From the NCBI GenBank assembly GCA_963749915.1, contig CAVVOP010000021.1:256001-320000 (forward strand): a stretch of 64,000 nt of DNA, read 5' to 3'. The translations under genes and the position numbers were made by a program. The notes beneath the pieces are model-generated. The model was not told the origin of the DNA and searched no databases. It saw only the letters and a program-made list of their open reading frames with translations. Positions 1 to 10,343 of the stretch are shown piece after piece. Every line of letters starts with the position of its first letter. Position 1 is the first letter of the stretch. The DNA comes from an uncultured cyanobacterium (lineage in GTDB: Bacteria; Cyanobacteriota; Cyanobacteriia; Cyanobacteriales; Cyanobacteriaceae).

Positions 1-1
1 T

Positions 2-655
2 GTTAGTTCGGCGGGGGTTTATTTACCATCTCAACAAATGCCTCACCGCGAAGGTGATGCCATTGATCCACAAAGTCGCCACAAAGGCAAACACGAAACC
101 GAAGAATATCTTAAACATCAAGGTATTCCTTTTACTTCTATCCGTCCTACTTATATCTATGGTCCCAGTAATTATAATGATTTAGAGGCATGGTTTTTCG
201 ATCGTTTAGTACGCAATTTACCGATTTTAATACCTGGCGAAGGGTTGCATTTTACCCAATTTGGCCATGTAGAAGATTTAGCCTTAGCTATGAGTGCCGT
301 TTTAGGTAATTCTAACGCCATTGGACAAATTTACAATATTTCTGGAGATCGCTATGTTACTTTTACCGGATTGGCCTTAGCTTGTGGTTTAGCGATGGGG
401 AAAAATCCTTCAGACATCGAAATTAAATATTATGATCCGAAGAAAATCAATCTAGGCAAAAAAAAAGCATTTCCCATCAGAGTACAACACTTTTTTGCGG
501 ATATTTCCAAAGCTCAAAAAGAATTAAATTGGCAACCCAGATATGACTTAGTTTCAGGGTTAAAAGACTCTTTTGAAAATGATTATTTACCATCAGCAAG
601 AGGTAAAATTGACCTTGATTTCACCCTGGATCAAGAAATTTTAAATCAAATTTAA
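2..655 (+). CDS. NAD-dependent epimerase/dehydratase family protein (CSP41b-like), 5'-partial
   Basis: Frame is open from the window start (VSSAGVY...); motifs RPTYIYGP and QFGHVEDLA typical of cyanobacterial CSP41b-like SDRs. Confidence 0.85.
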   Translation, partial: VSSAGVYLPSQQMPHREGDAIDPQSRHKGKHETEEYLKHQGIPFTSIRPTYIYGPSNYNDLEAWFFDRLVRNLPILIPGEGLHFTQFGHVEDLALAMSAVLGNSNAIGQIYNISGDRYVTFTGLALACGLAMGKNPSDIEIKYYDPKKINLGKKKAFPIRVQHFFADISKAQKELNWQPRYDLVSGLKDSFENDYLPSARGKIDLDFTLDQEILNQI

Positions 656-700
656 TCCCATATAGTAATCAGTTTTGATGTGTGATATTTTAGCTTAAAT

Positions 701-2091
701 GTCAAAAGAAGCCCCACGCCGTAAACACGATAAAAAAACAACTAGGTTTCGGCGTGGGATGAATTTTGATCAACCAATAAAATCGACCGTAGGGAGTCCA
801 CACAAATTCAAAAATTTGTGCTAAGATACTTTATAGCAAATCAAGTTCTCTCTAACATTATCTTAAAATGTTAAAAGTCGTTAAAGTCAGAATTTATCCC
901 GATTCATCTCAAAAACTAACATTGGCAAAAGCCTTTGGTAGTTGTCGGTGGGTTTGGAATCATTTTCTGAATTTGATGAACGAAACATACAAAGAAACAG
1001 GTAAAGGTTTGTCTGGATATGATGTTAAAAAGCTATTACCTCAATTAAAGAAACAGGAAGAAACAGCTTGGTTATCTGATACTTATTCTTCCTGTTTACA
1101 GCAAGTCTGTTTGAATCTCGGAGTAGCCTTTAATAATTTCTTTGAAAGACGGGCTAAATACCCAAACTTTAAAAGTAAACATGGTAAACAATCTTTACAA
1201 TATCCTGCAAATATAAAGATAGAAAATAATTGTTTAAAAGTTCCCAAAATAGGCTTGATTTATACTAAATTTCATCGCCCTATAGAAGGGAAAATTAAAA
1301 CAGTCACAATTACTAAGAATTGCTGTAATCAATACTTTGCATCTATTCTTTTTGAAGATGGGAAACAGAAACCTCAATTATCTTCAGAAGGTAAAGCTGT
1401 AGGAATTGACTTGGGATTAAACCATTTTGCCATTACCAGTGACGGGAGTAAATTTGATAATCCAAAAATACTAAATAAACATGAGAAGAACTTAAAGAAA
1501 AAACAGCAACAATTGTCTCGTAAACAGAAAGGGTCAAACAACCGTAATAAAGCAAGACTAAAAGTTGCTTTATTACATAAAAAAAACACTAATTGCCGTG
1601 AGGACTTTCTGCATAAGCTATCTCGTAGGATAGTAAACGACAACCAAGTTATAGTGCTAGAAAACCTTAATATTAAAGGGATGGTCAAAAATCATTGCCT
1701 AGCTAAATCTATACAACAAGTAGGTTGGGGAATGTTTTGCACTATGCTTAAATATAAAGCCGAACAAGAAGGGAAAGTATATTTGGAAGTGGATAGATTT
1801 TTCCCTAGTTCAAAAACCTGTCATGTTTGCTTAAACCAGGTAGGAAGTTTGCCTTTGGAAATAAGATATTGGCAATGTCCAAAGTGTAAGACAAGACAGG
1901 ATCGGGATATAAATGCGGCAATTAATATCCGAGACGAAGGACTACGAATATTAAAGACCTCTGGAACGGGGGAAAAAGCCTGTCGCCAAACTGTAAGACG
2001 GAGTAAGGGAGGACGGAAGAAATCCACTACCACGCTGGTTTCTGGGCAGGAAGCCTACACTGTAATCTCTGATTCAGTGTGGGTAGTTCAC
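701..2091 (+). mobile_element. IS200/IS605-family element carrying only tnpB (IS1341-like)
   Basis: Left-end hairpin CCCACGCCG...CGGCGTGGG (about 713-758), right-end hairpin CCTACACTG...CAGTGTGGG ending in TTCAC at 2091, no tnpA; boundaries approximate. Confidence 0.8.
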
Positions 2092-2094
2092 TAA
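868..2094 (+). CDS. tnpB: RNA-guided endonuclease TnpB
   Basis: N-terminal HTH, RuvC motifs GIDLG / VLENL / DRDINAA, Zn finger CHVC...CPKC. Confidence 0.95.
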   Translation: MLKVVKVRIYPDSSQKLTLAKAFGSCRWVWNHFLNLMNETYKETGKGLSGYDVKKLLPQLKKQEETAWLSDTYSSCLQQVCLNLGVAFNNFFERRAKYPNFKSKHGKQSLQYPANIKIENNCLKVPKIGLIYTKFHRPIEGKIKTVTITKNCCNQYFASILFEDGKQKPQLSSEGKAVGIDLGLNHFAITSDGSKFDNPKILNKHEKNLKKKQQQLSRKQKGSNNRNKARLKVALLHKKNTNCREDFLHKLSRRIVNDNQVIVLENLNIKGMVKNHCLAKSIQQVGWGMFCTMLKYKAEQEGKVYLEVDRFFPSSKTCHVCLNQVGSLPLEIRYWQCPKCKTRQDRDINAAINIRDEGLRILKTSGTGEKACRQTVRRSKGGRKKSTTTLVSGQEAYTVISDSVWVVH

Positions 2095-2133
2095 CTATGA
2101 TTATAATAGATTAGAATTAGCCGCAACATTATC

Positions 2134-3798
2134 ATGAAAATAGCGATCGCCCAAATAAATCCCACCATTGGAGATCTCCAAAATAATGCCCAAAAAATTA
2201 AACAACAAGTACAATTAGCAGTCAAGGAAGAAACAAAATTATTATTAACCCCTGAATTATCACTCTGCGGTTATCCTCCTAAAGACTTACTTTTAAATCA
2301 AAGTTTTATTGCCGCTATGGCTGAAGAATTACAACAATTAGCGGAAACTATTCCCTCAGAAATTTATGTTTTAGTCGGTACAGTAACTTTTAATCCCTTG
2401 GCAAATAAAGAAGGGAAAAAACCCCTCTATAATGGCGTCGCTTTAATCAATAATGGTAAAATTCACCAAATTTTTAATAAAAGACTATTACCAACTTATG
2501 ACGTATTTGAGGAAGATCGTTATTTTAGTGCGGGAAATGAGGCTAATTATTTTAATTTAGATGGTGTAAAAATTGGGGTAACAATTTGTGAAGATTTATG
2601 GAATGATGAACAATTTTGGGGTAAAAAAAATTATGCAATCAATCCTCTTCAAGATTTAGTAAATTTAGATGTCGATTTAATTATTAACTTATCGGCTTCT
2701 CCTTATATACTTGGAAAACAAAAACTAAGAGAAGCGATGTTAACTCATATAGTTAGTAAATATAAAAAACCGATTATTTATGTCAATCAAGTAGGAGGAA
2801 ATGATGATTTGATTTTCGATGGTTATAGCTGTGCATTTAATAAAAAAGGGGAGATTATGGCTAGATGTCAGCCTTATAAAAATGACTTAATTTACCTAAA
2901 ATATGAAGAAAAATATCAAGATTTGTCCTCTAGTTTAATTAATAATTTAATTACCACAGAAGAAGAAGAAATTTATCAGGCTTTAGTTTTAGGAGTTAAA
3001 GATTATGCCCATAAATGTGGTTTTACTAAAGCTATATTAGGTTTAAGTGGGGGTATTGATTCAGCTTTAGTGGTTACTATAGCCGTCGATGCCTTAGGAA
3101 AAGACAATGTTTTAGGGGTATTAATGCCTTCTCCTTATAGTTCAGCTAACTCGATTATTGATGCAGAAAAATTGGTTAAAAATTTGGGAATTAAGAGTGA
3201 AAAATTACCAATTAAAGAAATCATGAATAGTTATGATTTATTATTAAATCCTCTCTTTGTAAATACAGAATTTGGCATAACTGAGGAAAATTTGCAATCG
3301 AGAATTAGAGGTAGTTTATTAATGGCGATCGCTAATAAATTTAATTATTTATTACTTTCCACAGGAAATAAATCAGAGATGGCCGTGGGATATTGTACCC
3401 TTTATGGTGATATGAATGGCGGATTAGCCGTAATTGCAGATGTCCCGAAAACAAAAGTTTTTGATCTATGTAAATGGATAAATAGAAAAGAAGAAATTAT
3501 CCCGAAAAATATCTTAATAAAACCTCCTAGTGCGGAACTAAAACCCGATCAAAAAGATGAAGATTCTTTACCTCCCTACGAAATTTTGGACGATATTTTA
3601 GAAGGTTATATCAATAAACATCAATCCATCACCGAAATTCATCAATCAGGTCATGATTTAGAGGTTATTAAAAAAGTAGTACAATTAGTTGTCCGTGCTG
3701 AATTTAAACGAAAACAAGCTCCTCCTGGACTTAAAGTGACTGATCGTGCATTTGGCACCGGTTGGAAAATGCCAATTGCTAAAGGACTACACATTTAA
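2134..3798 (+). CDS. nadE: Glutamine-dependent NAD+ synthetase
   Basis: Nitrilase domain (PELSLCGY, ICEDLW) fused to NAD synthase domain (GLSGGIDS, TGNKSE). Confidence 0.95.
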   Translation: MKIAIAQINPTIGDLQNNAQKIKQQVQLAVKEETKLLLTPELSLCGYPPKDLLLNQSFIAAMAEELQQLAETIPSEIYVLVGTVTFNPLANKEGKKPLYNGVALINNGKIHQIFNKRLLPTYDVFEEDRYFSAGNEANYFNLDGVKIGVTICEDLWNDEQFWGKKNYAINPLQDLVNLDVDLIINLSASPYILGKQKLREAMLTHIVSKYKKPIIYVNQVGGNDDLIFDGYSCAFNKKGEIMARCQPYKNDLIYLKYEEKYQDLSSSLINNLITTEEEEIYQALVLGVKDYAHKCGFTKAILGLSGGIDSALVVTIAVDALGKDNVLGVLMPSPYSSANSIIDAEKLVKNLGIKSEKLPIKEIMNSYDLLLNPLFVNTEFGITEENLQSRIRGSLLMAIANKFNYLLLSTGNKSEMAVGYCTLYGDMNGGLAVIADVPKTKVFDLCKWINRKEEIIPKNILIKPPSAELKPDQKDEDSLPPYEILDDILEGYINKHQSITEIHQSGHDLEVIKKVVQLVVRAEFKRKQAPPGLKVTDRAFGTGWKMPIAKGLHI

Positions 3799-3802
3799 AC
3801 TC

Positions 3803-4573
3803 TCAAGTATTTCCAAACCGATTAGCTAACCTTAAAATTTGCCCTGCTAACATTGCCCCACCAAAACCATTATCAATATTAACAACCCCTATGCCCGTCG
3901 CACAAGAATTAAGCATCGTCAATAAAGCTGATAAACCACCGAAACTAGCACCATAACCAATACTTGTCGGTACTGCGATGATGGGACAATTAGCTAAACC
4001 GGCCACCACACTAGGTAATGCCCCTTCCATTCCTGCCACGACAATTAGCACATCCGCCTCGTCAATTAAGTGACGATGACTCAGAAGACGATGTATTCCT
4101 GCAACTCCCACATCCCACAATCGCTCTACTTGAAAACCGCACAATTCTGCCGTAATTGCTGATTCTTCAGCCACTGGTAAGTCGGCTGTTCCCGCTGTCA
4201 CAATGGAGATTTTGCCCTTATACTTGACTGAATTTTGACCAATAGCAGCGATTTTTGCCATCGGATAGTATCGCAAATCTGATACATTCTCTTGTAGTAT
4301 TTCTGCTACTTCTGGCTCTAATCTCGTCGCCATGACAACAGATGCTTGTTCTCGCATAACAGAAATAATTTGGATCATTTGTTCGGAGGTCTTTCCCTGA
4401 CTCCAAATTACTTCTGGAAATCCTGTCCGCAGTTGTCGATGATGATCAATTTTTGCAAAATCTCCTATGGGCTCAAAATCAAGGTATTTTAGTTTTGTGA
4501 TAGCTTCTTCGGGGGATATTTTACCTTCTGCTATAGCGGATAATAGTTTTTCTAAGGATTGGCGATCGTGCAT
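3803..4573 (-). CDS. larB: LarB/CpmA family (AIR carboxylase-like) protein
   Basis: Motifs DHHRQLRTGFPEV, DVGVAGIHRL, VAGMEGALPSVV, NIDNGFG. Confidence 0.9.
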   Translation of the reverse strand: MHDRQSLEKLLSAIAEGKISPEEAITKLKYLDFEPIGDFAKIDHHRQLRTGFPEVIWSQGKTSEQMIQIISVMREQASVVMATRLEPEVAEILQENVSDLRYYPMAKIAAIGQNSVKYKGKISIVTAGTADLPVAEESAITAELCGFQVERLWDVGVAGIHRLLSHRHLIDEADVLIVVAGMEGALPSVVAGLANCPIIAVPTSIGYGASFGGLSALLTMLNSCATGIGVVNIDNGFGGAMLAGQILRLANRFGNT

Positions 4574-4580
4574 TTTTTAT

Positions 4581-4620
4581 AATTAGCAATTATCAATTAT
4601 CAATTATCAATTATCAATTA
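4581..4620. repeat. Heptamer tandem repeat (AATTATC)n
   Basis: aattagc followed by four aattatc units and aatta. Confidence 0.95.
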
Positions 4621-4625
4621 TTTAC

Positions 4626-5540
4626 ATGAATTTACCCGTTGTTTATCATCCTAATTATGTCACCCCACTGCCGGAACAACATCGTTTCCCGATGCCAAAG
4701 TTTCGGTTATTACACGAATTGTTACTAAAAGATGGCATGATCACTCCAGAATCCACTCATCAACCAGAGATTGCTAATTCGGGTATTTTGCAATTGGTGC
4801 ATACGGCTAATTATGTGGAAAATTTTTGTCATGGTACACTGGATCCGAAAATTCAAAGAAAAATCGGTTTGCCTTGGAGTAAAGGCCTAATCAAAAGAAC
4901 TTGTACTGCTGTGGGGGGTACGTTATTAACGGTAAAATTAGCTCTAAAATACGGTATCTGCTGCAATACAGCAGGAGGAACTCATCACGCATTCCCTGAT
5001 TATGGCTCAGGTTTTTGTATTTTTAATGATTTAGCGATCGCATCTTGTTATTTATTAGAGTCGCAATTAGTCAAAAAAATTTTAATAGTAGATTTAGACG
5101 TACATCAAGGAGACGGTACAGCCCTTATTTTTGCCCAGAAGGATCAAGTTTTCACCTTTTCCATGCACTGTGAAGCGAATTTTCCCTATCGTAAACAAAA
5201 AAGTGACTTAGATGTGCCTTTACCCATCGGTTTAGATGATGACGGTTACCTGCAAATTCTCGCTAGTTATCTTCCCGATTTACTAACCCAAGTTAAACCC
5301 GACATTGTTTTATATGACGCTGGTGTAGACACTCATGTAGGGGATCGACTGGGTAAATTATGCCTTACCGACACGGGAATATATCGCCGAGAAATGCAGG
5401 TTATTAGTACTTGTTTAGCCCATGGTTATCCTCTTGCCGCAGTGATTGGCGGAGGTTATAGTACGAACTTACAGGAATTGGTTTACCGTCATTCATTGTT
5501 ACATCGTGCCGCTTTTGATTGCTTTAAACGATGGAACTGA
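4626..5540 (+). CDS. Histone deacetylase family protein
   Basis: Motifs HRFPMPKF, GGTHHA, GFCIFND, DLDVHQGDGT. Confidence 0.92.
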   Translation: MNLPVVYHPNYVTPLPEQHRFPMPKFRLLHELLLKDGMITPESTHQPEIANSGILQLVHTANYVENFCHGTLDPKIQRKIGLPWSKGLIKRTCTAVGGTLLTVKLALKYGICCNTAGGTHHAFPDYGSGFCIFNDLAIASCYLLESQLVKKILIVDLDVHQGDGTALIFAQKDQVFTFSMHCEANFPYRKQKSDLDVPLPIGLDDDGYLQILASYLPDLLTQVKPDIVLYDAGVDTHVGDRLGKLCLTDTGIYRREMQVISTCLAHGYPLAAVIGGGYSTNLQELVYRHSLLHRAAFDCFKRWN

Positions 5541-5711
5541 ATTATTATGGGGAAATCTAATTAATTCATCTTCACACCGAATTATAACTTTTCACTCAAC
5601 TATTCACAATTCCCTATTCAAAATTAATTATTTATTTATTGGACTATATGACGGAAAAATGTAAGAATAGTTTAACAATTGCAGTAATTTAGAAAAGCGA
5701 TCGAAAATAAG

Positions 5712-7895
5712 ATGACAACAGCCCCATTTTATGAAGGAATCCAGTATTTTAAAGAAAAATTACCTTTTTTTAGTGAATACGGTCAAGAAAGTGCTATTTT
5801 AGAAGGACAAACAGCTATATCTTCCCCTAAGGACAAAAAAGCAGTCTATCAAACCCTTTTAGCCGCCGATGCCTTACGTTACTTGACTTTGCATATAACC
5901 GCCAGCAAAGAATCTGGGCATCCGGGGGGATTTGCTAGTGTTGCTGAAGGAATTGCCGCTTTGGTCATGTTAGGACATAAAAACATCATTACCGAAGTAG
6001 GACACCATGCCCCCGGATTTTATAGTACCGTATTTATGGATCAATCCCTTGAAAAAATGGGTATTTATACTGTACAAGAGATGGGGGATCGTTTTCGGGA
6101 AATGCACGGGCTTTTAGGACATTTATCGGGGCAAATCCCTGGATTACTTAACCCTGCAGGACCTCTTGGACAAGGACAACATTTTGCCATGGCTGGGGCT
6201 AAATTACATCCCGGGGTGTTATTCCCTGTTACCATCGGTGACGGCGGTTTGGGTGAGCCTTACATTATGAGTAGTTTTGGACACTTCAATACAGCATATC
6301 CTCAAGTTACCAACTTTTTACCGATTTTAGTGTGGAATGGCTACTCCCAAGAGCATCATAGTATGGTGTCCACCAAAACTAATGAAGAAATGATCGCCTA
6401 TTGGCAAGGTAACGGCTTTAAAGAGGTAATTTTAGTTAACGCACTTGACTTTGATAACGCTAACCAAGAAGGAGATTATGTCGATAGCACTAAATTTTCC
6501 TTAGAAAAGCGCTTAGAATTTACCCAAGCCGTCTTAGAAGCCACTGACAAAGCCGCTAAATCCGCATTGGGAGGTACTTTAACAGTATTAATCATTAAAC
6601 AACTAAAAGGGGCAGGAGTCCATAAACGAGGCTCACAATCCCATAACCTTTACCCTGGAGATAGCTTAAATAAAGATCATATCATCTCTGCTTTACAAGA
6701 AAGAGCCTTAACTAAAGAGGCATGGGAATTGGTGCGGACAAACTTTGTTCGTGCTAATGGTGGTTCAAATGCCTATAAAGCCGTCACCGAATCAGTGTTA
6801 CCTTTAACGGATTTGGGCACTTTACCCTTAACCGAGTATCCTGTTGGCGGTGATAAAAAAGTCGCTACTACGGCAATGGGTGAATTAGTTGTCCATGTTG
6901 GCAAAAATGACCCTAATTTTGTGGTGACAAACGCCGATGGTAACGCCGCATCAGGGATAAATAACATCAATGTTGCCCTAAAAATAGTTCATCCTACCGT
7001 TGACACAACCTATTTCCAACAACCCGAAGGACAAGTTTATGAGCCTTTAAGTGAAGATGCTTGTGCTGGTTTAGCGGTTAGTTTAGCATTATTTGGAGCT
7101 CGTAGTTTGTGGTGTTCTTATGAATCTTTTGCCGTCAATGGCCTACCCATCTGGCAAACCGTCACCCAAGCTATGGCGGAATTGAGACGGGAAACCCCTT
7201 CTACTATTACCTTATTCACTGCTGGTGCATTAGAGCAAGGGCGCAACGGATGGACTCACCAACGCCCTGAAATCGAGAATTATTTTGCGGCAATGATGCG
7301 TAACGGTAACGTTTATCCTCTTTTCCCCTGTGATGCTAATAGTATTCAAGTCTGTTATGAGTGGGCATTGGACACGAAAAATAAAGGTATTACCATTACT
7401 GCTAGTAAGTCTCCTTTACCGATTTTAACTACTTTTGATCAAACCAAAGATGCCATCGCTAAAGGTGGGGTTATTTTACATGAATCAGAAGGTAGCAAAA
7501 AAGTTGTTTTTGCAGTTGTTGGTGATATGACTTTAATTCCCGTGTTTGAAGGGGCGAAAATTCTAGAATCTCAAGGAATTGGGGTTCGTATTGTTTCCGT
7601 TATCAATCCTCGCCGTTTATATCGTGCCAGTGATGTAGCTTGGGATAGTTGCACAGTCAAAGATGATAATTTTCTCGATGATGCTGGCTTTGAAACCTTA
7701 TTCGGTGGGGATGTAGTTATCGGTGTTACTGGTGGTACAAGTGCCATGTTAGAGCCTATCATGTTACGCAGTAATGCTAAACGGGATACCTTTGCCTGGA
7801 AACGGGGGGAAACCACCGCTAGTGCGGGGCAACTGATGGCTTTTAATGGCTTAACGGCTAGGGCTTTGACCGTAAGGGCAAAAGAATTGATTTAA
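5712..7895 (+). CDS. Phosphoketolase/transketolase-family TPP enzyme
   Basis: SGHPGG, GPLGQG, TPP-binding GDG...N motif, NGWTHQRP; 727 aa. Confidence 0.8.
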   Translation: MTTAPFYEGIQYFKEKLPFFSEYGQESAILEGQTAISSPKDKKAVYQTLLAADALRYLTLHITASKESGHPGGFASVAEGIAALVMLGHKNIITEVGHHAPGFYSTVFMDQSLEKMGIYTVQEMGDRFREMHGLLGHLSGQIPGLLNPAGPLGQGQHFAMAGAKLHPGVLFPVTIGDGGLGEPYIMSSFGHFNTAYPQVTNFLPILVWNGYSQEHHSMVSTKTNEEMIAYWQGNGFKEVILVNALDFDNANQEGDYVDSTKFSLEKRLEFTQAVLEATDKAAKSALGGTLTVLIIKQLKGAGVHKRGSQSHNLYPGDSLNKDHIISALQERALTKEAWELVRTNFVRANGGSNAYKAVTESVLPLTDLGTLPLTEYPVGGDKKVATTAMGELVVHVGKNDPNFVVTNADGNAASGINNINVALKIVHPTVDTTYFQQPEGQVYEPLSEDACAGLAVSLALFGARSLWCSYESFAVNGLPIWQTVTQAMAELRRETPSTITLFTAGALEQGRNGWTHQRPEIENYFAAMMRNGNVYPLFPCDANSIQVCYEWALDTKNKGITITASKSPLPILTTFDQTKDAIAKGGVILHESEGSKKVVFAVVGDMTLIPVFEGAKILESQGIGVRIVSVINPRRLYRASDVAWDSCTVKDDNFLDDAGFETLFGGDVVIGVTGGTSAMLEPIMLRSNAKRDTFAWKRGETTASAGQLMAFNGLTARALTVRAKELI

Positions 7896-8226
7896 TCCCC
7901 CTTAAATGCTCAATTTTAGAGACTTTTACTTTTTGCTTCTCCTCCAAACTTGACTGTTGGGGGGTAATTTTATGCCCCGAAATCTCCAACTCTAAGCAAT
8001 ACTGGTCGGTTAAGCAAAATCCCTGGTTGAAACTGCAGGGGAGGGTTCGCCCGTATTCCTGCGAACTCAATTATGCAGTTGTTCCTTTTTTAGATATTAT
8101 TATTAATTGCTTACCAAAAAAATGTAAACTAAAAAACAGTCAAACCGTTTTGTATTGATTTTGTTCCCTTTGTTGAGCTAAAAATAACAAGCGGATTAAT
8201 AAATATAAAGTGATATTCAAAAAAAT

Positions 8227-8475
8227 ATGAACCAAGAAATATTGAAAAAAGTGCAAGAAATCGTAGTTGAACAGTTAGACGTTGAATCCGATCGTGTGAC
8301 TCCTGAAGCTAACTTCGTTAATGATTTGGACGCAGATTCTTTGGACGTTGTCGAATTGGTTATGGCTTTAGAGGAAGCATTCGAGATCGAAATTGGCGAT
8401 GAAGAAGCGGAAAAAATTGCCACCGTAGGTGATGCCGTTGCTCACATCGAAGGCAAAACCCAAGCCGCCGCTTAG
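8227..8475 (+). CDS. acpP: Acyl carrier protein
   Basis: [18 protein letters not shown] phosphopantetheine site; upstream of fabF. Confidence 0.97.
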   Translation: MNQEILKKVQEIVVEQLDVESDRVTPEANFVNDLDADSLDVVELVMALEEAFEIEIGDEEAEKIATVGDAVAHIEGKTQAAA

Positions 8476-8657
8476 TATTTAATCATGTTCATGATAGCCA
8501 ATGTTGAGTAAGTTAATTAACTTCTTTTTGGTTATCTGAATGAATTGTAATTTTGAATGTATTTATTACTAATTAAACGCACTACAAAAACCATAAAACA
8601 AATCCGATTGATCATTTCTGCTGTCAATGGCAGATGTCTCATCATATATAAAATACT

Positions 8658-9908
8658 ATGACTAATTCACAAGGTAAAAGAGTTGTCGTTACTGGTTTAG
8701 GAGCAATTACTCCCATAGGTAACACGGTAGAATCCTATTGGCAAGGTTTAATGGAAGGTCGTAGCGGCATCGGTAAGATTACCTGTTTTGACGCCAGTGA
8801 TCATGCTTGTAAAATCGCCGGTGAAGTGAAGAATTTTGATCCTTTACTATACATGGATCGCAAGGAAGCCAAACGCATGGCACGGTTTTCTCAATTTGCC
8901 GTAGCTGGAAGTGTTGATGCTTTAAAAGATGCTAATTTAGTGATCAATGATGACAACGCCGATGATGTCGGTATTATTATCGGTACAGGAGTTGGCGGTT
9001 TAAAAGTCATGGAAGAACAGCAGGAAGTATTGTTAACTAAAGGTCCTAGTCGAGTAACTCCCTTTCTCGTGCCGACGATGATTTCGAATATGGCGGCTGG
9101 TTTAACTGCAATTCATGTGGGGGCAAAAGGACCTAATTCCTGTTCTGTGACGGCCTGTGCGGCGGGTTCAAATGCTATCGGCGACGCTTTTCGGATGATT
9201 CAGGGAGGCTATGCTAAAGCGATGATTTGCGGTGGAACAGAGGCGGCGATCACTCCTTTGGCTATAGCAGGTTTTGCTTCGGCCAAGGCTTTATCAACCC
9301 GTAATGATAGCCCAGAAACCGCTAGTCGTCCTTTTGATCGTGATCGTGATGGTTTTGTCATGGGAGAAGGTTGCGGTATCTTAATTTTAGAGGAAAGAGA
9401 ATACGCTTTAGCAAGGGGTGCAAAAATTTACGCCGAGATAGTGGGTTATGGTATGACTTGCGATGCTTACCACATGACTTCTCCCGTTCCTGAAGGATTA
9501 GGAGCGACTAAAGCTATGGAGTTAGCCTTGAAAGATGGTAATTTAAGCCCTTCAGAAATTAGTTACGTCAATGCCCATGGTACAAGTACCTCGGCTAATG
9601 ATACCACGGAAACGAAGGCGATTAAACGAGCTTTAGGGGATCATGCCTATAATATTGTAGTTAGTTCTACTAAATCTATGACGGGGCATCTTTTGGGTGG
9701 ATCTGGTGGCATTGAAGCAGTGGCAACGGTTTTAGCCATCGCCAATGATCAAGTTCCTCCCACTATTAACTTGAACAATCCTGATCCTGAGTGTGATTTG
9801 GATTATGTCCCTAATCAAAGCCGTAAAGTTATGGTGAATGCGGCTTTATCTAATTCCTTCGGTTTTGGTGGCCATAATGTGACGATCGCCTTCAGAAAAC
9901 ATTTATAA
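8658..9908 (+). CDS. fabF: Beta-ketoacyl-ACP synthase II
   Basis: Motifs TACAAG, NAHGTST, GHLLG, SNSFGFGG. Confidence 0.97.
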   Translation: MTNSQGKRVVVTGLGAITPIGNTVESYWQGLMEGRSGIGKITCFDASDHACKIAGEVKNFDPLLYMDRKEAKRMARFSQFAVAGSVDALKDANLVINDDNADDVGIIIGTGVGGLKVMEEQQEVLLTKGPSRVTPFLVPTMISNMAAGLTAIHVGAKGPNSCSVTACAAGSNAIGDAFRMIQGGYAKAMICGGTEAAITPLAIAGFASAKALSTRNDSPETASRPFDRDRDGFVMGEGCGILILEEREYALARGAKIYAEIVGYGMTCDAYHMTSPVPEGLGATKAMELALKDGNLSPSEISYVNAHGTSTSANDTTETKAIKRALGDHAYNIVVSSTKSMTGHLLGGSGGIEAVATVLAIANDQVPPTINLNNPDPECDLDYVPNQSRKVMVNAALSNSFGFGGHNVTIAFRKHL

Positions 9909-10281
9909 TAAGAAGTATTCTTGGTTTTGAGACCAAAATTAGTTTCTTTTCCTCGAACAATTCTCTGTTTAACTGTAACAAGCCGCTTGTTTCGGCGTTG
10001 CTTAACAATTTGTAAGCGTAGTGAATGTTCTGGAGATGGTTAGCGATGGCTTTCTCATAAGCGGCTAACTTGTCTGTTGTTACTAATAAAAAATGCTCAA
10101 AGCCTTTTGGCATCAGAGACAGAAGATTTTTTCTTTTTTGAGTGAGTAAGTTTCATCTTTGCTGATGTAATTGTCTAGTTCCAGGTAATATGGACAATCT
10201 CTACAGGGACAGTGGTGAGGAAAGAGTGGATGGATAATTTTGGGGTCTAAAAAATTTAGGTTTTAGGTTGTAGGGACTACC
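9909..10281 (-). pseudogene. Internally deleted IS transposase remnant (IS1-like)
   Basis: Minus strand reads HCPCRDCPYY (Zn-ribbon-like), then TTDKLAAYEKAI; end sequence GGTAGTCCCTACA at 10269-10281 recurs at 61001-61013. Confidence 0.5.
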
Positions 10282-10343
10282 TGCTGTCGTGCTAGTTTTT
10301 AGTTAATAATAGTTAATCGTTAGTAAAATATTTGGATTTATTT

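Noticed and set aside
7858..8070. 70-aa minus-strand ORF
   Set aside because: TTG start without an RBS, overlaps the phosphoketolase 3' end and has no motif; an RNA structure explains the region better
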